From Fimicolochytrium jonesii (taxonomy: Eukaryota), in NCBI RefSeq assembly GCF_025526975.1, contig NW_026515671.1, positions 1,178,001-1,242,000 on the forward strand: a stretch of 64,000 nucleotides of DNA, given 5' to 3'. Shown piece after piece: positions 23,267 through 36,900 of the stretch. How positions within the stretch are numbered: the first letter of the stretch is position 1; every line of letters starts with the position of its first letter. The notes beneath the pieces were generated by a model that was not told where the DNA came from, made no database searches, and saw nothing but the letters and a program-made list of their open reading frames with translations. The position numbers were made by a program, and so were the translations under genes.

Positions 23267-25406
23267 ATGATGTCCCGAGAAAAAACGACGGCCGCACGGC
23301 TATCGACCGGCCTAGCGACATCAGGCCGATCAACCCCTCTCGCATCACAGTCAAACTTGAACCAGGCGGCAATAGGATCAAATACGGTTCTATCGCAGTC
23401 GCCATCCACCATGATGGCATCGAATGGATCGCCGGCGAATGCTGGTCCCTCTCAAACGATTCGGTTTCGGACTGGGATTCGGAATACGGTGTATGATGCG
23501 ATGCGAGATCGCGGGTGGAAGGAGGCTGATGGGTGTGTACGGTTGTCATTCAGCTTTTTGTGAAGACTTGTCCGAACTGAATATTCTCATGATGAACCAG
23601 GGACATGGATTGGGACTTCTTCTGGGCGGACGTACACTGGATCCACGAAACTTTCGATCATGTGTACTTGCAGGAGCATCAACGGATCAACCATTTTCGT
23701 AACCACTATGAGGTGCGTTATGCGTCTGGACGACGATATTGGAGCCTCGAGTAACGCACCTGTACATTTGGAGACGGAGGGACCAACTTATATCAGCCCA
23801 CTCATATTCACCCTCTCCTTTCCTTCGCTACCGAATCCCTACCTGTCTATCTTTCCCAACAATCTCCACCACGACAAGGGAAGCTGACCCGAAAAGACCT
23901 CCTAGTCAAAAACGTCAAGCGCATGATCAAATCCATCGAGAAAGAGTACGGCAAAACCGAATCCCAGAAATTCGATTTCCTCTCCCCATCCTACGTCCTT
24001 CCCGCCGAACACGCCTTGTTCACCGAGGAGTTCAAGCGCAACCCGGGAAGCGTCTGGATCATGAAACCGGTCGGGAAGGCGCAGGGCAAGGGCATTTTCT
24101 TGATCAATAAGATCAGCCAGATTAACGGGTGGAGGAAGGATGTGAAGGGGAATGTGAAGGGGGATAGGGATGGGGATGATGCGCCGGAGGCGTATATCGT
24201 ACAGAGGTATATTGAGAATCCTTTGCTCATAGGAGGTGAGTTCATCGATGCATGGCGCTTGTTCCACTCAGATTCTAATGGGGCGGTCATTTTGCAGGAA
24301 AGAAGTTTGATATCCGTGTGTATGTGCTGGTCACCTCATACTACCCGTTAACGATCTACATCCACCGAAACGGATTCTGCCGCTTCTCGAATACCCAGTT
24401 CTCGATGCAAGCAAAGGACATCAGTAACATGTGTAAGCGTCCCCCAAATCCTCCCCCCACACATGTGAACAAGAAATCTCACAAGGCCTACCATTTTGGA
24501 CACATCATAGATATACACGCAACAAACGTTGCCATCCAAAAGCATTCGCCTAACTACATCTCCGGCCGGGGCTGCAAATGGTTGCTCCGCAACCTGAAGC
24601 TGTTCCTTACGGCCAGACACGGGTCGAAAGCGGTCGATGACCTGTTTACGGAGATGGAGGCGAGCGTTGTTAGGAGCTTGATGAGCGTGCAGAAGGTCAT
24701 GATCAATGATAAGCACTGTTTTGAGCTGTAAGTTGACCTGAAAACTGGTGTAGCAAGGTCCATCGTACCGATACTCACAACCGTGATCCCGCCAGCTACG
24801 GCTACGACATCCTCATTGACCAAAACCTTAAGCCGTAAGTCCTGCTCCTCATAAGTTGTCCCGTCACAGACATCCATTCACTCAAGTCAACCCACAGATG
24901 GTTACTAGAAGTAAACGCCTCCCCATCGCTGACAGCCGAAACGCAATGGGACTACGACCTGAAGCACGCGATGGTGCAGGACTGCTTCGATGTCGTCGAT
25001 TTGGAACGCAGGTATGCGTTTTGAGAATCAAGTGCAAAGCGCCGGATGTGCGGCGGTTGCTGATGTAACCGGGAATGGGCAGGCATTCCGGCAAAAGCAT
25101 CAGACCACGAGTCGGAGGCTTCGATCTCGTTTACAATGACGGCCCTGTCCGCCATGAGCGGACGAGTAATTATGCTTCATATCTTGGTAAGTGCTTTATA
25201 TTCCTTCCTTCATCGATTCTCGATCCCTGCTGACAATGAACATGAATGCATGCGCTGCAGGGTGCCACCAACCGATCCCGCGTGCACCAAGGCAAAAGAA
25301 GCGGTTCGGAAAACCATCGACGCCGGCGGTGAAGCTGTCGGGCAACCCCAATACGTACTCTCCTCCGACGGCGCTTTCTGGATCGCAAGACCAGTTGGTG
25401 TCCTGA
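23267..25406 (+). CDS. TTLL9: Tubulin polyglutamylase, TTLL9-like, multi-exon
   Basis: [112 protein letters not shown]. Confidence 0.9.
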
Positions 25407-25563
25407 TGTGGAGAAATAAACCGGAATACTATGATATGCTTTGACTCGCCAGACTCAACAAAACTAATAGATTAAGCGTATAGACAAGGGTGTAATGTTC
25501 ATTTGACAATGTTAAGACGGGACAATACTCAAATGCTTCGGCGTCCGCAACGTCCACTGTACA

Positions 25564-27025
25564 CTACGATGTCGTCGTTTGCGACGGATCCACCGACGAG
25601 ATCGTAACCTTCTCGCTAACCACCTCCTCCCCATCCTGCAACTCCAAATCACACGAATAGTCCAACTGCAGCGAGTTGAACAGCGAGAACCCCCCTGACG
25701 GCTTCTGCCACGACAGAATGTACTTCCCAGGCAGGGCCGGCACAGACGCTGACACGGTCTCCTTATGACTCTCGTAAGAGTTTGACGGCACCGCCACGAT
25801 TTCCTCCCCGCTCTCCTTCCGATGCCTGATCTCAAACGTCACCCCCTTCTTCGTCGTCTTGAACTTGTAGTTCAGGCTCACTTGCGCGCCTTCGAGGTCC
25901 TCAGCGGGAACCAGGAGCTCGTGCTCGTGCGTGGAGGAGCCCAGCGATGCGCTGTGTTGGAAGTTGTCGCCTCCGCCCGAGGCTTTTTTGCTTTCGAGGT
26001 AGGGTGATGGGACGCAGCCGCCGGGCATGTGGCTGCATTTACAGGTGCCTCCCAAGAAGTCGGGCAGGTTTTCGGCGTCGATGTGTTGGAGGAGGACCTC
26101 TTTGTAGTTTGAATCGCAGATGAAGATCTTTTCGAGGATGCGTTTGTCCAACCAGCGTTTGATGATGCTCCATGCGCGTGTGAAGATGCCTGCGACGTGA
26201 GTTGTTAAGTCTAGCCGTTTCTCATGAGCACAAACAGCCAAAGCAATGAGACTCACCAGGTGTGTTCACAATAAACAGCTTCCCCAACCGCTCGGGATAA
26301 ACCTTCGAGTCCAAATCCGACACAGCCCTCAACAGATTCAGCCCCGTCATATCAAACTGCCATATTCCCAATCCCGTGCAATCAAAGATGACCGTATGCT
26401 TCTCGATGAGTTTGCCTGCGCGCTCAGAGCACTCCGGCATCAGCACGTTGAAAATCATCTCGTTGTTACGGATGTGCCAGTCGAGCATCACGGGCGGCGG
26501 GCATTTCACTGCTAGGGCTTTCACGTCGTGGTAGCCGGTGCGCTCGATGAAGACAGGTGTGCCTTCTTTGTCGACTTTATGGAAACACCCTCCACCTATC
26601 ATTCGCTAAAACGGTTAGGGTGCATTCTTCAAGTGGCAACACGGCGTCCTCCGTGGCTGATTCTGGGAGCACATACCCATGCAAGCATAAAACTTCTTAA
26701 ACTCCTCCGGCATCCCCTCCCTCGTCATATCCCAATTCGCATCCGGCACACTCTTGAAGCCCCTTACATTCTGCTGCACGGGGTTCCCATCCACCCCCGG
26801 TATCGGAAGCTTGTCAATCCCATCCTTCTCCCGCCATTCCACATAGCCATTCAACATCTCCAGCGCCTTTGGGGCATTCAGTTGCCGCGCGACGAGGAAG
26901 CGGAGAAGGGTTGGGTCATCGTATTTGGACCCTTCTTCGGCGCCGAGGAGGGTGCGGAATTCGGCGAGGGCTTTGAGTTTTTGGTCCTCAGTGAGGTTGT
27001 TGAGATCTAGCTTTGAGGCGGACAT
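25564..27025 (-). CDS. SEC14/CRAL-TRIO lipid-transfer protein with a probable C-terminal GOLD domain
   Basis: DDPTLLRFLVARQ, FHKVDKEGTPVFIER, IFDCTGLG, YPERLGKLFIVNTP, IKRWLD, ENLPDFLGG; GOLD-like tail (PGKYILSW...LDYSCDL). Confidence 0.9.
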
Positions 27026-27562
27026 GTGGACGATGGGCGTGAGGCCGGTGTGCGAGACTTCTCGGTTTGTATTCAGGAGGCTAGCTTATGCCTCTTGTGT
27101 GTGCGTCTAAGAAATTTCGCTTCTCTTCGCTCAGTTGGAAGTGCTGTGCTGGCACGCGTAGCAATCTTGAGGAGACTATTGGACAGGTTTATCTCCGTAG
27201 AGTAGGAGTAGAAGGACCGGTCGAAGAGCGCCGGGCGACTATCCAGTTAAACGAGTGCAGTATCGATATCGCACGTCGATGCGAACTCATTCCGGAAGGC
27301 TGGAAAGTTCCGCGGAAGGATGGAACGCAGCCGCGGAAGGAGGAAGACAACGACGCGAGAGAAGGCGCCGCTCCCGTCATGACGCGCTCACTTCATCATT
27401 ACCCCCGCAACCCCTGCATTCAAAAAGGTAGTCGACAGAGACACGCTGCTTTGCCAGCTTATGTATGTACAAACGCATATGATATCCTCACACACAGGAG
27501 CTCCACTCGGCCTCAAAGACTCCAGTTACTCACGGGTAACGTACTACCCGCTGCCTCCCTTC

Positions 27563-29366
27563 TCAGATCTTCGCCGCAGAAAACAACTTGGTAACATCGG
27601 CCACACTCGTCTCTTGCGTTCCAAACCGCACACCCCACTTCTCCAAAAACTCCTTCTCCTCCTTCGGGCCCTCGCTTCCATACTCGTACTTGAACGGCGT
27701 ACGGTTCTCCGTGCCCTTGATCGCATCATCCCAAATCTTCCACCCTTCCTCGGCCTCCTCGCGTGGGATAAACCATGTCTGGTCACCCTGCACGGCATCG
27801 TAGATCAGGGACTCGTATGCGCTGGGTTGGTACTTGTCGGCGGTGCCAAGCTCGGTGTCTACCATGTCGACGGCGAGGGGCGCGGACACGACCCTGAAGC
27901 CGGAGCCGGATTGCTTAGTGTACAGGGTGAGAGTATGGGAGCGGTGGGGGTGCTCGCGGATGGTGAAGCTGGTGGGCGCTTTGGTGGGGAAGAGGGCGTC
28001 TTTGTCGGATTTGAAGACGAATGTGATCTCGGCGCGCGTTTCGTCCAGAGCTGTTCATGGGTTGATTAGACTATAGCCGATCAGTGCTACCCTGCATCAA
28101 GTATGTTCTAAAACTCACCTTTTCCTGCACGGATGACAAAAGGAACATCCTTCCATCGCTCAGTGTCGACAAAGAGAACGGCTGTGGCGAACGTGTTGGC
28201 TTTCGAGTCGTCCTTCACGGTATCATCGTCGACATAAGCCTTCTTGTCCTTGTCCTTGGAAGACGCGCCGTACTGGCCAACTAACGTGTCCTCCGGGCGG
28301 ATGGGGCGGCAAGCTTTGATGAAGTTCAACTGGCAACAGTTGAAGGTTGAGTACCACGTATGTTCGCTTTCTTTCTCGGGACAAGGCGGACAGTACCTTT
28401 GCGATGTGAATATCGTTCGTAGACAAGCTCTTGGGCTTCTCCATCCCAGACAAAATGATCCACTGCATCAAATGGTTTTGCATAACATCACGAATCATGC
28501 CGAATTCGTCAAAGTAACCGCCACGTCCTTCAGCGCCAAATTCCTCCTTGAAGTTTATGGTGACGTATTTGATGTGTTCGCGAGACCACGAATTTGCGAG
28601 GATGGGGTTGGCACCGAATCGCAGGGGCAGGACGCATTTGACGGCGTCCTTTCCGAGGTAGTGATCAATCCGGTAGAGCTGTTTGACCGCTGTATGAGTA
28701 ATAGAAACCAGGAATGGGAAATGTGAGGCCAAGCATTCAATCTCACCTCCTCCTCCTTGTAGAGCTTCTCCAAATGAGAAGACAGAGTCTTTGCAGATTT
28801 GTAATCTTTTCCATACGGCTTCTCAATGATGATACGGTTCGTCTTTCCTTCTGCCCATGCCGCCGTGCGAACGTTGGCAGCCACATCTTCAAAGGCGGAC
28901 GGCGGGAGAGCAATGTAGAACAACCGCAGATGCTTCCCTGAACCCCTCTCGAGCTTGTTCAGTTCGTCGTTCAGCTTCTTGTACGACTCCGCGTCGTCGT
29001 AGCCCTTCAATTGGACATAGGAGCATATTTCCAGGAAGTCCTTCGACTCTGACTCGCTCTTGTCCTTTTTCTGTATTGAATTTGAGGGTCATATTTAAAG
29101 GATGATCTCGGTCGGCAAATCACCACCAGCGCGCAAACACGTACAGAAATGCCAGGTTGAATTTTCTTGCGGAAGTCCTCAATCTTATACTCGCTCCGAG
29201 CGGTGCCAACAACGTGTAACTTGTCCTTCTGCAGTCTGCCGTTCTTCACCAGCGAGTAGATAGCTGGGTAGGTCATCTTCTTGGCCAAGTCTCCACTTGC
29301 GCCAAAGACGATAATGGAGACATGGTCGAACTGGGAGCCGCTCTGGTCTGCAGTTTGTCCTGGCAT
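27563..29366 (-). CDS. ZWF1: Glucose-6-phosphate 1-dehydrogenase (divergent C-terminal half), multi-exon
   Basis: IIVFGASGDLAKKMTYPA, RLFYIALPP, IIIEKPYGKD, YRIDHYLGK, GRGGYFDEFGMIRDVMQNHL, RWKDVPFVIRAGK, AYESLIYDA. Confidence 0.95.
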
Positions 29367-30176
29367 GGTGTGGTTATGTTCTGTGATGGTGGTGCTATGT
29401 GAGGTCGGATGCAGGACTTTTTCGATAACGGCTGAGATAAAGGCTAGAAAAAGAAAGAAGAGGAAGTATGAGCATCCCATGTTATCGCCTCTGTGTATGA
29501 CGTAGAGTCCAAAACTTGTAGATCGCACAAGACATGGTCCAAGATGAGAGAAAGATGCAACCTTGGTATGATGTAGTTGAGAGCCTTGTTGGAGTTGGTT
29601 TGTTTCGTGGGACGTGTTGTGGTGGAGCTAACGGTTGTCCCTCGGCTTACTTATATCTGCGTTTTGCGGAGAAGCTCTTTGAGGCTCCTGGAGTTGAGGC
29701 GTGGCTTCGGCGGAGGAGGGGGAGAGGGGAGGCCGTGCGTGTGTCATCAGTGCGCGGCGGCTCTCTTGACGGGGATTTACGTCACAGTCGCCCGCCCTTC
29801 GACGAAATCTCGCCGGTTTTGGCGGAAGGGCGCGTGCATGCAGCAAGACAAAAAGTAAGCGTAAGCGGCGGGTATAAAAGAACCGCTTCCGTCTGTCATT
29901 TGTACTTCAGGTTCAGGCCATTTCTTGTCCGCTAAACGGGAGTGAGCAGCATTCCTTACCCACAGCAACTAACGTAACGCGTAATGATATTAACAAAATA
30001 AAGTGCAAAAGGAGTCTACGGGCCGTGGCCCTCATTCTGCCTACACGCAACAGTTGGCTCCAACGGCTCCGGAGGGTATCTCATCATATGTGTCTCTTCT
30101 AACGTAGTCATAGTCGTATCAGTATTTTTTCTACCCAAAATTGTCGCCCCTTCCGCCGCCTTGACTTCCGGTGCTG

Positions 30177-33148
30177 TTAATCGTAACTGGCATCCGCCGA
30201 CCACACATCCACATTCTTCTCCCAATCATGCTCTTCTCGTGGGGACGTCGGGACGGTAGTGCCGTCGCCATCCCCAGGAAGACCATTATCACCACCAGTT
30301 ATGCCGCTTAGGGCCTCATCGTCGTCGTCATCGTCATCATCTGCCTCTGCCGCTTCTTGATACAAATCGTCACGGATTTTGACTTCTTCCGATTCTTCTG
30401 GAGCGCCTGTGAAGCTCCCGCCAATTGCTCCCAGGATGGGTATATTTTGATTCTGTGGACCAGCGTTTGGCCGCACGCCACCGAGAGGCTGTCGATCCCG
30501 CTCCCTTGTCTCCTTCAGCGGACCGGAGACGTAACTATGCCACTCATCGGCTACGATATGATCTGTCGTGAACAATTATGAGCACGGGCAATTGTGGTTT
30601 GTCTCTACCGGTGGTGGCACTCACCACTTAGCTCCTTAACCAGATCTTCGGGGCATTTCTCCAATAGCTTGCTCACTTCATCAGCGATGTACGTTAAATG
30701 TCCCATGAATCCTAGCCGTACCCCTTTTGGTTTGGCTCTGCAGAACGCGATACAGTAAACCTCGGAATTCATTAAATCAGCGTGTCGGAAGGGTACTTAC
30801 ACGTGCTCATCGTTTTCTTTCTGTGCTCGTATTATTTGTTTTGTCAATTGCCCGTCTTGGAAAATCTGAATGTACACGTTATCATCGAATATTCAGGCAG
30901 CCTTTTCCGCCTGCACTCGGAGACCACGACACATACCGACAGAACCAGTTTCCTCACTACAACTTGCACCGCACCCATTTGCTTTTCCACAGCAGCTTGC
31001 GCCGGGTTTACGGGTTCTGACTGGGTTGCGGCTGTTGGGGACCCTGCTTCTACGCCCTTTTGAGTCTCAGGACTCTTGATGAGGTTGATTGAGCTGGTAT
31101 ATTGGTAAGTGTTGAACACTTTCGCGATCATGTCGTATACGACAGAATGGAGGAAGTTGTTCCAGGGGTAGCGAAAGAAAAGGTCCTACATGGCCAGGGT
31201 CAATAACATTGTCGCGCTGCTGTAAGATGTGGTGGAACGAGGACTTACCAAGCATGCAGGTAGTACTTTTGCGTCTATGAACTTGTCAGTGATGGCAACG
31301 AGCTCGTCAGCCACCCTTCTCTCAGGGTGCGGAGGTGTGGGCGGAGACTTTGTGGATTCTCCCGAATCGCTCGGCGTTTCCTTCGCTTCGGCCCTTTCTT
31401 CCGATGGGTCATGAAAGCCCGCAGTGATAAACCTCTCGAACAGCGGGCTAGAGGTGTACAGATATTGAAGATGCAGGATTTCCGCAAATAACTCGCAGGT
31501 CTTGAGCCGTTCAGACCCTAAGGGTGTGATCTGACCAGTGGTCGTAGGGTTCTCCTGTGGAGCCTGGTCAGCGTTAGCGCTTGCCGAACGCGGCGCTTTG
31601 CATAAGACAAAGACATACCGATTTCGGAGGACCATGCAGCAGCTCAGCAAACTGCGTCAAGCGATCTCCGATTACGTGTAGCAAGTCATTGAGATCGGTA
31701 GCTAGCGCTTTGAGCTTTTCCTGTGATGGAGGGGAGATTGCTTGTCGCTGGTGTGCTTGCGAAAGTTGGTATTGGTGCTGGAGATACTCTGCTTGCTCAA
31801 TCTCACTGAAATGCCAGACACTCCGTTAGCTTGAACGAATATCACTGACAACGCGGTGTTCCGCGATTACCTGCAATATCGGCGAATGAGCTCGATGATA
31901 ATGTTGATTCCGTTCATCAGAGCACTTGCGGAGTGCGAGCTTGGGTCATCAAGCATATACGAGGCAAGCTTGTTCATCATCCCCTCACTGAACCAAGAAG
32001 TCAATCAGTTTGATGAGGTGGGCATGCAATGGCGAGGAAGATTACCTTTTCAGTTCGTCCACCAGGGTGTTTCCAGGAGTTGGTGGTGGTAAACCTGCCT
32101 CCTCGCCAAGCAAGGATCCTCCGAAGCCAGCATTCATCATATCCTGTGGGCTAACTGTTTGGTAGCTCACAGCGATGACGTCCAGTAGAGTTTGGGCAGC
32201 CGTGTTATGCACCTATGTTTCATTCTGTCGTTTAGCAGTGAAGCTCGGTACGCAGTGTCGGAAAGGAGCGTGATGTGCAGTACCTCTGAGTCCAGTTTCG
32301 GGTCCAGTCGACTCAGCAGCGTCGTAATGAGTCCCTCCTTACTGAGCCACTAGTGGAAGACATACGGAAGTCAGGATCCAGCTCCGCTGTCCTTATCCCA
32401 GAGCATAGTCGTACCTCAACGATACCGGCCCCTTCTGGAATGTCGTTCATGCTGATCAGCTTCAGCAGGAGATCGGAGATTGCAGAACAAGCAATGTGTG
32501 TGAGAAGCTGCTGCACCACATTGGGCTGTTTGCGGATGAACGCAACCATCTGAGGTCCAACGATTGTGAGTTGCTTGAGCTTCACATCGTTCGATTGTCA
32601 GCGCATACCTCAGGTGTCTTCTTTGCTAGGAGTACGCCAATGACTTTGCCGAAGTGGCTTGCCGTTAAGGCATCCAACGGTGCGGGACGGTCCAGTAACC
32701 CCCAGAGCTCATTCAGCAGCTCCTCGCTTCCCATGATTCCCTCGCATATCGAGTAGATCTCACAGCTGATGATTTCGCTAGCTACAAATGGATATCTAGA
32801 AGAGTAAGCCGTAGTCAGTATTAGGAGGGGCATGTCCTCGATTCCATGTACGGCTACACACTTGAATCGCTTGCTTTCGTCCAGATCTTCCGATTTGATG
32901 ATGAAGCCTAGCAGCTGTTTGAGCACTTCGGGTTTGCTAAGGCTGCAGAGACGCGGCGCTGAGTTCACTGTTCCAAGCATTGTGATAAGACAACCGGCAC
33001 TTGCTTACAATTCAACCAGCTTCGTGTTATGCGCCTTGCACTCCTGCATCAGCTCGTCCTCCTCCAGCAGCTCGTCCAGCGTCACGCCTTCCTTCTCTAG
33101 CAGTCCGTCTATGACCGAAGCATTGTGGAACCCAAACCGCCAGAACAT
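30177..33148 (-). CDS. SIT4/PP6 phosphatase-associated protein (SAPS family), multi-exon
   Basis: MFWRFGFH...LDELLEEDELMQECKAHNTKLVE, YPFVASEIISCE, SAISDLLLKLI, NGINIIIELIR, PLGSERLKTCELFAEILH, FFRYPWNNFLHSVVYD, RLGFMGHLTYIA. Confidence 0.93.
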
Positions 33149-33954
33149 CGTTTCGCCGACTACCGTACAGAAATGTGGTTTATGAGCGGACGTTGACCTC
33201 ACAAGAGTATTATAAGAGCTAGCAGGTCGAGCGTCGCGTGGGAAAGAGAAGTGGTATGCGAAGGACAACAGTGGGGACAGCGGGAGGCCCTGATGTCGTT
33301 GAAGATCTTGGGAAAATGGGAGCTTGTGGAGGCTTTCTGGACGTCTGCATCACGTCTGCATGAGTCTGCATGTGCGTCCATGCGTGTCACAAGACACACA
33401 AAAACTTCGCAGCCCAGGCCCACGGTCGGGAGGCCTGGACACCAAACTAATCTTGAAGAATAGCCAACCATCACGCAGCGGGCGACGGAGGAGGAGGAGG
33501 GGTGGGAGGGAGGAGGCAGGGAGGAGGCAGGGAGGAGTGTTCACGTCGTTTGTATAGTGGCTCCTGATGTCCAGTTCCCCAACGCTTTACCACAGACTTG
33601 CGTATAAGCAGTGCAAGATGGGGTGCTTCGCAACATCGGAAGACGTGCCCGTCTTATTCAGTCCCGAAGATAAGTACGCACAGTTCGCCTCGGGGGCAAT
33701 GGGGCATCGTCAGGAAGGCGACAGAACGGCGGGGGTCGAAGGTTTCCCAAAGAGCGGTGCCAGGTTGTCCTCCCATACGCAGGGTGGCGTTATAAAGGGA
33801 TATGGGGGTATTTTTCACGGAGAAAACTACTGAGAATATCCATCCTATGGACGCATTATGAAAGCTTCCTTCAATGAGCTTCTATTCGTTTCTATTCGAG
33901 AATTCCAAGGTTTCTATTTCTCTGCGCGCTACGAACTCTACGCAACAACGCCGA

Positions 33955-36900
33955 TTATAAGGTGAAAGTGACAGCAAAAATCCGGACGGAACAGTCGTCT
34001 CCGCACGTTGCAAGCTTTAGTGATACTTCTTTGGCACTGTTATCAGCGGGCGATTTCATCGGCTGCCATTTCACCGCATTCACAATCGAAACATGTACAT
34101 CCCTGGGGCGGCGCGACATATGAAAAGAGAACCAATAAGCATTTTTTGCTCTTTCGGAAAGCGGGATGAGAAAGCGGAGTACTTACGAGAGGTCTTGGGC
34201 ATCCGTCTGCGTCAGTGTGCCATTATTGATTGAAATTTGTACGATCTGCACTCGTCCATCTTCCAAGCCGATGGCGAGCACATACCTGCGAAAGGAGGTT
34301 CAGATACAGATTCTTCAGCCTGTACCGAATCGAATGATATCTCACCGTCCATGAACAAAGTAAGGCGCAAAGTCGATAGCGGTAACAGCTTCTGGAAACT
34401 TCAGAGTTTCCACACACTTCCATGACCTCTCGTCCTCCCCGCCGTGCCAGATCTTGACAGTCTTGTCACGGGATCCGGTGGCGAAATACTTCCCATCGTG
34501 AGTCCAGGTACCGTCCCAGATAATACGGGAATGTGCTTTGGTGTTGTTTTCCAGCAAGGTGAATGTGCCTGCATCCTCATTTATGTCGAATAAGGCCCAT
34601 CCACGATCGCGTCCCACAGTCAGGATACGACGGTCGTCCGGCGAGAATCGGATTCCGGTGACTGTCAGGGTGTGTGCTGCTAGCGGTGGACACAGTTCTT
34701 TCCACGTCTTCGTCGACCATAATCGAACGGAGGCGTGCTCTGGTTTGGCGGCCTAAACAAAAGATATCATCGTGAGGGCCAGGATACGATCTGAGCGTTT
34801 CGTACCCCTTTTATACCTTGCAAGCTGAAGCAACGTATGCTCCATTGTGACTTGCTGCCACGCTCACAATCTCATATCCATGTCCGTAAAGTTTATTTAT
34901 TTCAGGCCACAACGTGTGCTGCAGCAGATGCTGTTCAAACGGTGGTTGCGCCATTGTAGCCGTGAATGATGTTGAGGTACTCGCGACAGCGGTGTATGCA
35001 GACAGATTTCGAAAGTCGTGCGTGTTTGGTGCGCCGGCCACATCACCTAAAATCGTTCTAGTCAGCTGGCCATATTAAGCATGAAGCATGCAACCAACTC
35101 CCTACTAACCCTCAAAGACGGCCTTATTGGACAATCCAAGAGCAGGTACGCTGGCACCGAGTGGCCGCTGCTCCATCACTTCGTCCGATTCTCGCTCCTG
35201 GGTCAGCTGTTCCAGAGACCTCACGAATGTCCTTGGAGCCTCGAATACTCGCAAAATCTATTCATACGTCGTCAGCTCTTAGCTACATATGCCGTCTTTC
35301 TTTATCTCGCATAGTACCTTCTCGTCGGCTCCACTGACAAAACCGTACTTGTGGAAAAATGCTAAGCAGTGCATGTCGTATCCGTGAATTTGCGGACGAG
35401 CGATCTCATGCCATGTTGTCAGATCTCCTCGCCTCCAAGGTGCCAATAGCCGCGACGTCTGGTCGAGACTAGATGGAAGACGGACCATTGGTCAATACGC
35501 CATAGAGATTTGTCCCATCACCCCGGCGCTTCCTTACCTGGTGCTGACGATGAACTGACCCGATGGATCCCATTGGAGGTCTTCAACGGGTGCTTTATGG
35601 CCACTGATTCCCACCTGCGGCGACCATTCTGAAGAAACGATCATCAGAAAGCATGTTCTACAATGTCGCTTCATCGACTTCAATCTCGTACCATCTTTGC
35701 TCGTTTCTGACCAGACGTTCAGAGCGCCGTTGTAGCCATTGGCAATGACAGTCGTGCCCTGCGGGCTTATGAGAGCACCGTAGAAGCCCAACGTGCTTCC
35801 TCCAATCTCCCCCAATCGCACCTATAAACGGTAGTCAGTGGGCATATCGTCTGAGCAATTACCCCTCTTCTTCAGACAAACCTGGTTCACCCAGGTGTCA
35901 GTCGCCGGGTCAGGACGCCATATCATGATCGACTTATCCGCGGAAGCTGATATGAGGGTCATGGGCTGGTGATATGTGCCATCTGCGGAAGTGCGGTGAG
36001 TCGGTTGCGATCATGGCGCAGGATCAGATTTGCTTTACGAGCTCACCCTTTATTGTAGGTAGTTGCCACCAAGCACTATGTACCCAGTCGTCATGGGCCA
36101 TCAGAAGCGCATCGAACATGACGGCATACTTCTGTTTCCTGCGACAGTCGATCTCGTCATTTGACGATGAAGTGGTGCGATCAAAATAATGTCTCACTGG
36201 CCGTACCCAGCTGGCGTGTCCAGGTCCATGATATGCGCTTTAGTACTCAGTTGCATGTCTCCTTCGTCTCTGCAGTCAAGCCATCTGTGAGATGTCCGAC
36301 TCATGCGATCGAGATAGTTTTGTGAAGATTCTTACAATCCCGCTTCCGCCAAAGCGCTCATCATCAGTGACGTGAAGTCATCCGCCACGGGATTCGCCGC
36401 ATCCAAAGAAGTTTGCGATATCTTCCAGGTACGAATGTATCGGTCTTGCGAGGAACTAGCGATTATCAAGTCGCCGTCCTTGAAGTGTTTCGACTGCTCG
36501 TTGGTTCCGGAGCTCGCCGTGTACGTTGCGATCTCGAGGGATCGCACCCAATCCGAATGGCCCTGGAGAACCAGACTTTCCACAAACTACAATCTATGAG
36601 GATCTTACAAAGCGCAGACGGCAGAGAACTCGCTTTTTCCAGCTTACGTTTCCATCGCGACGAGTATAGACGCTCAACTTGCTATCCGTCCTCCCGGTTA
36701 CAAGCACTGGTTCTGTAGATCGTCGTCAGCCTTCCCGCGTGCATTTCCATTTCTCACGAAGCTCTACCCACCATCCGACCCAGGGAGCACTCCCAAAGCC
36801 AAAGCCATCGGATATCGAGATCCAACGTTGATGATCTGCACGCATTCCGTGGTGTCTTTGGGGTTGGGATGACACGGTGCTTGTGAGGAATCTCAGCGCT

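Noticed and set aside
27461..28069. Long antisense ORFs over G6PD (similar ones over AGO, SEC14, NST1 and TRM2)
   Set aside because: Expected shadows of GC-rich codon usage; no recognisable protein motifs.
29367..29528. In-frame upstream extension of G6PD (MGCSYFLFFLFLAFISA...) resembling a signal peptide
   Set aside because: The hydrophobic run is the translation of a polypyrimidine tract ending in CTAG, with a GTAAGC donor near 29650. A 5'-UTR intron explains it better.
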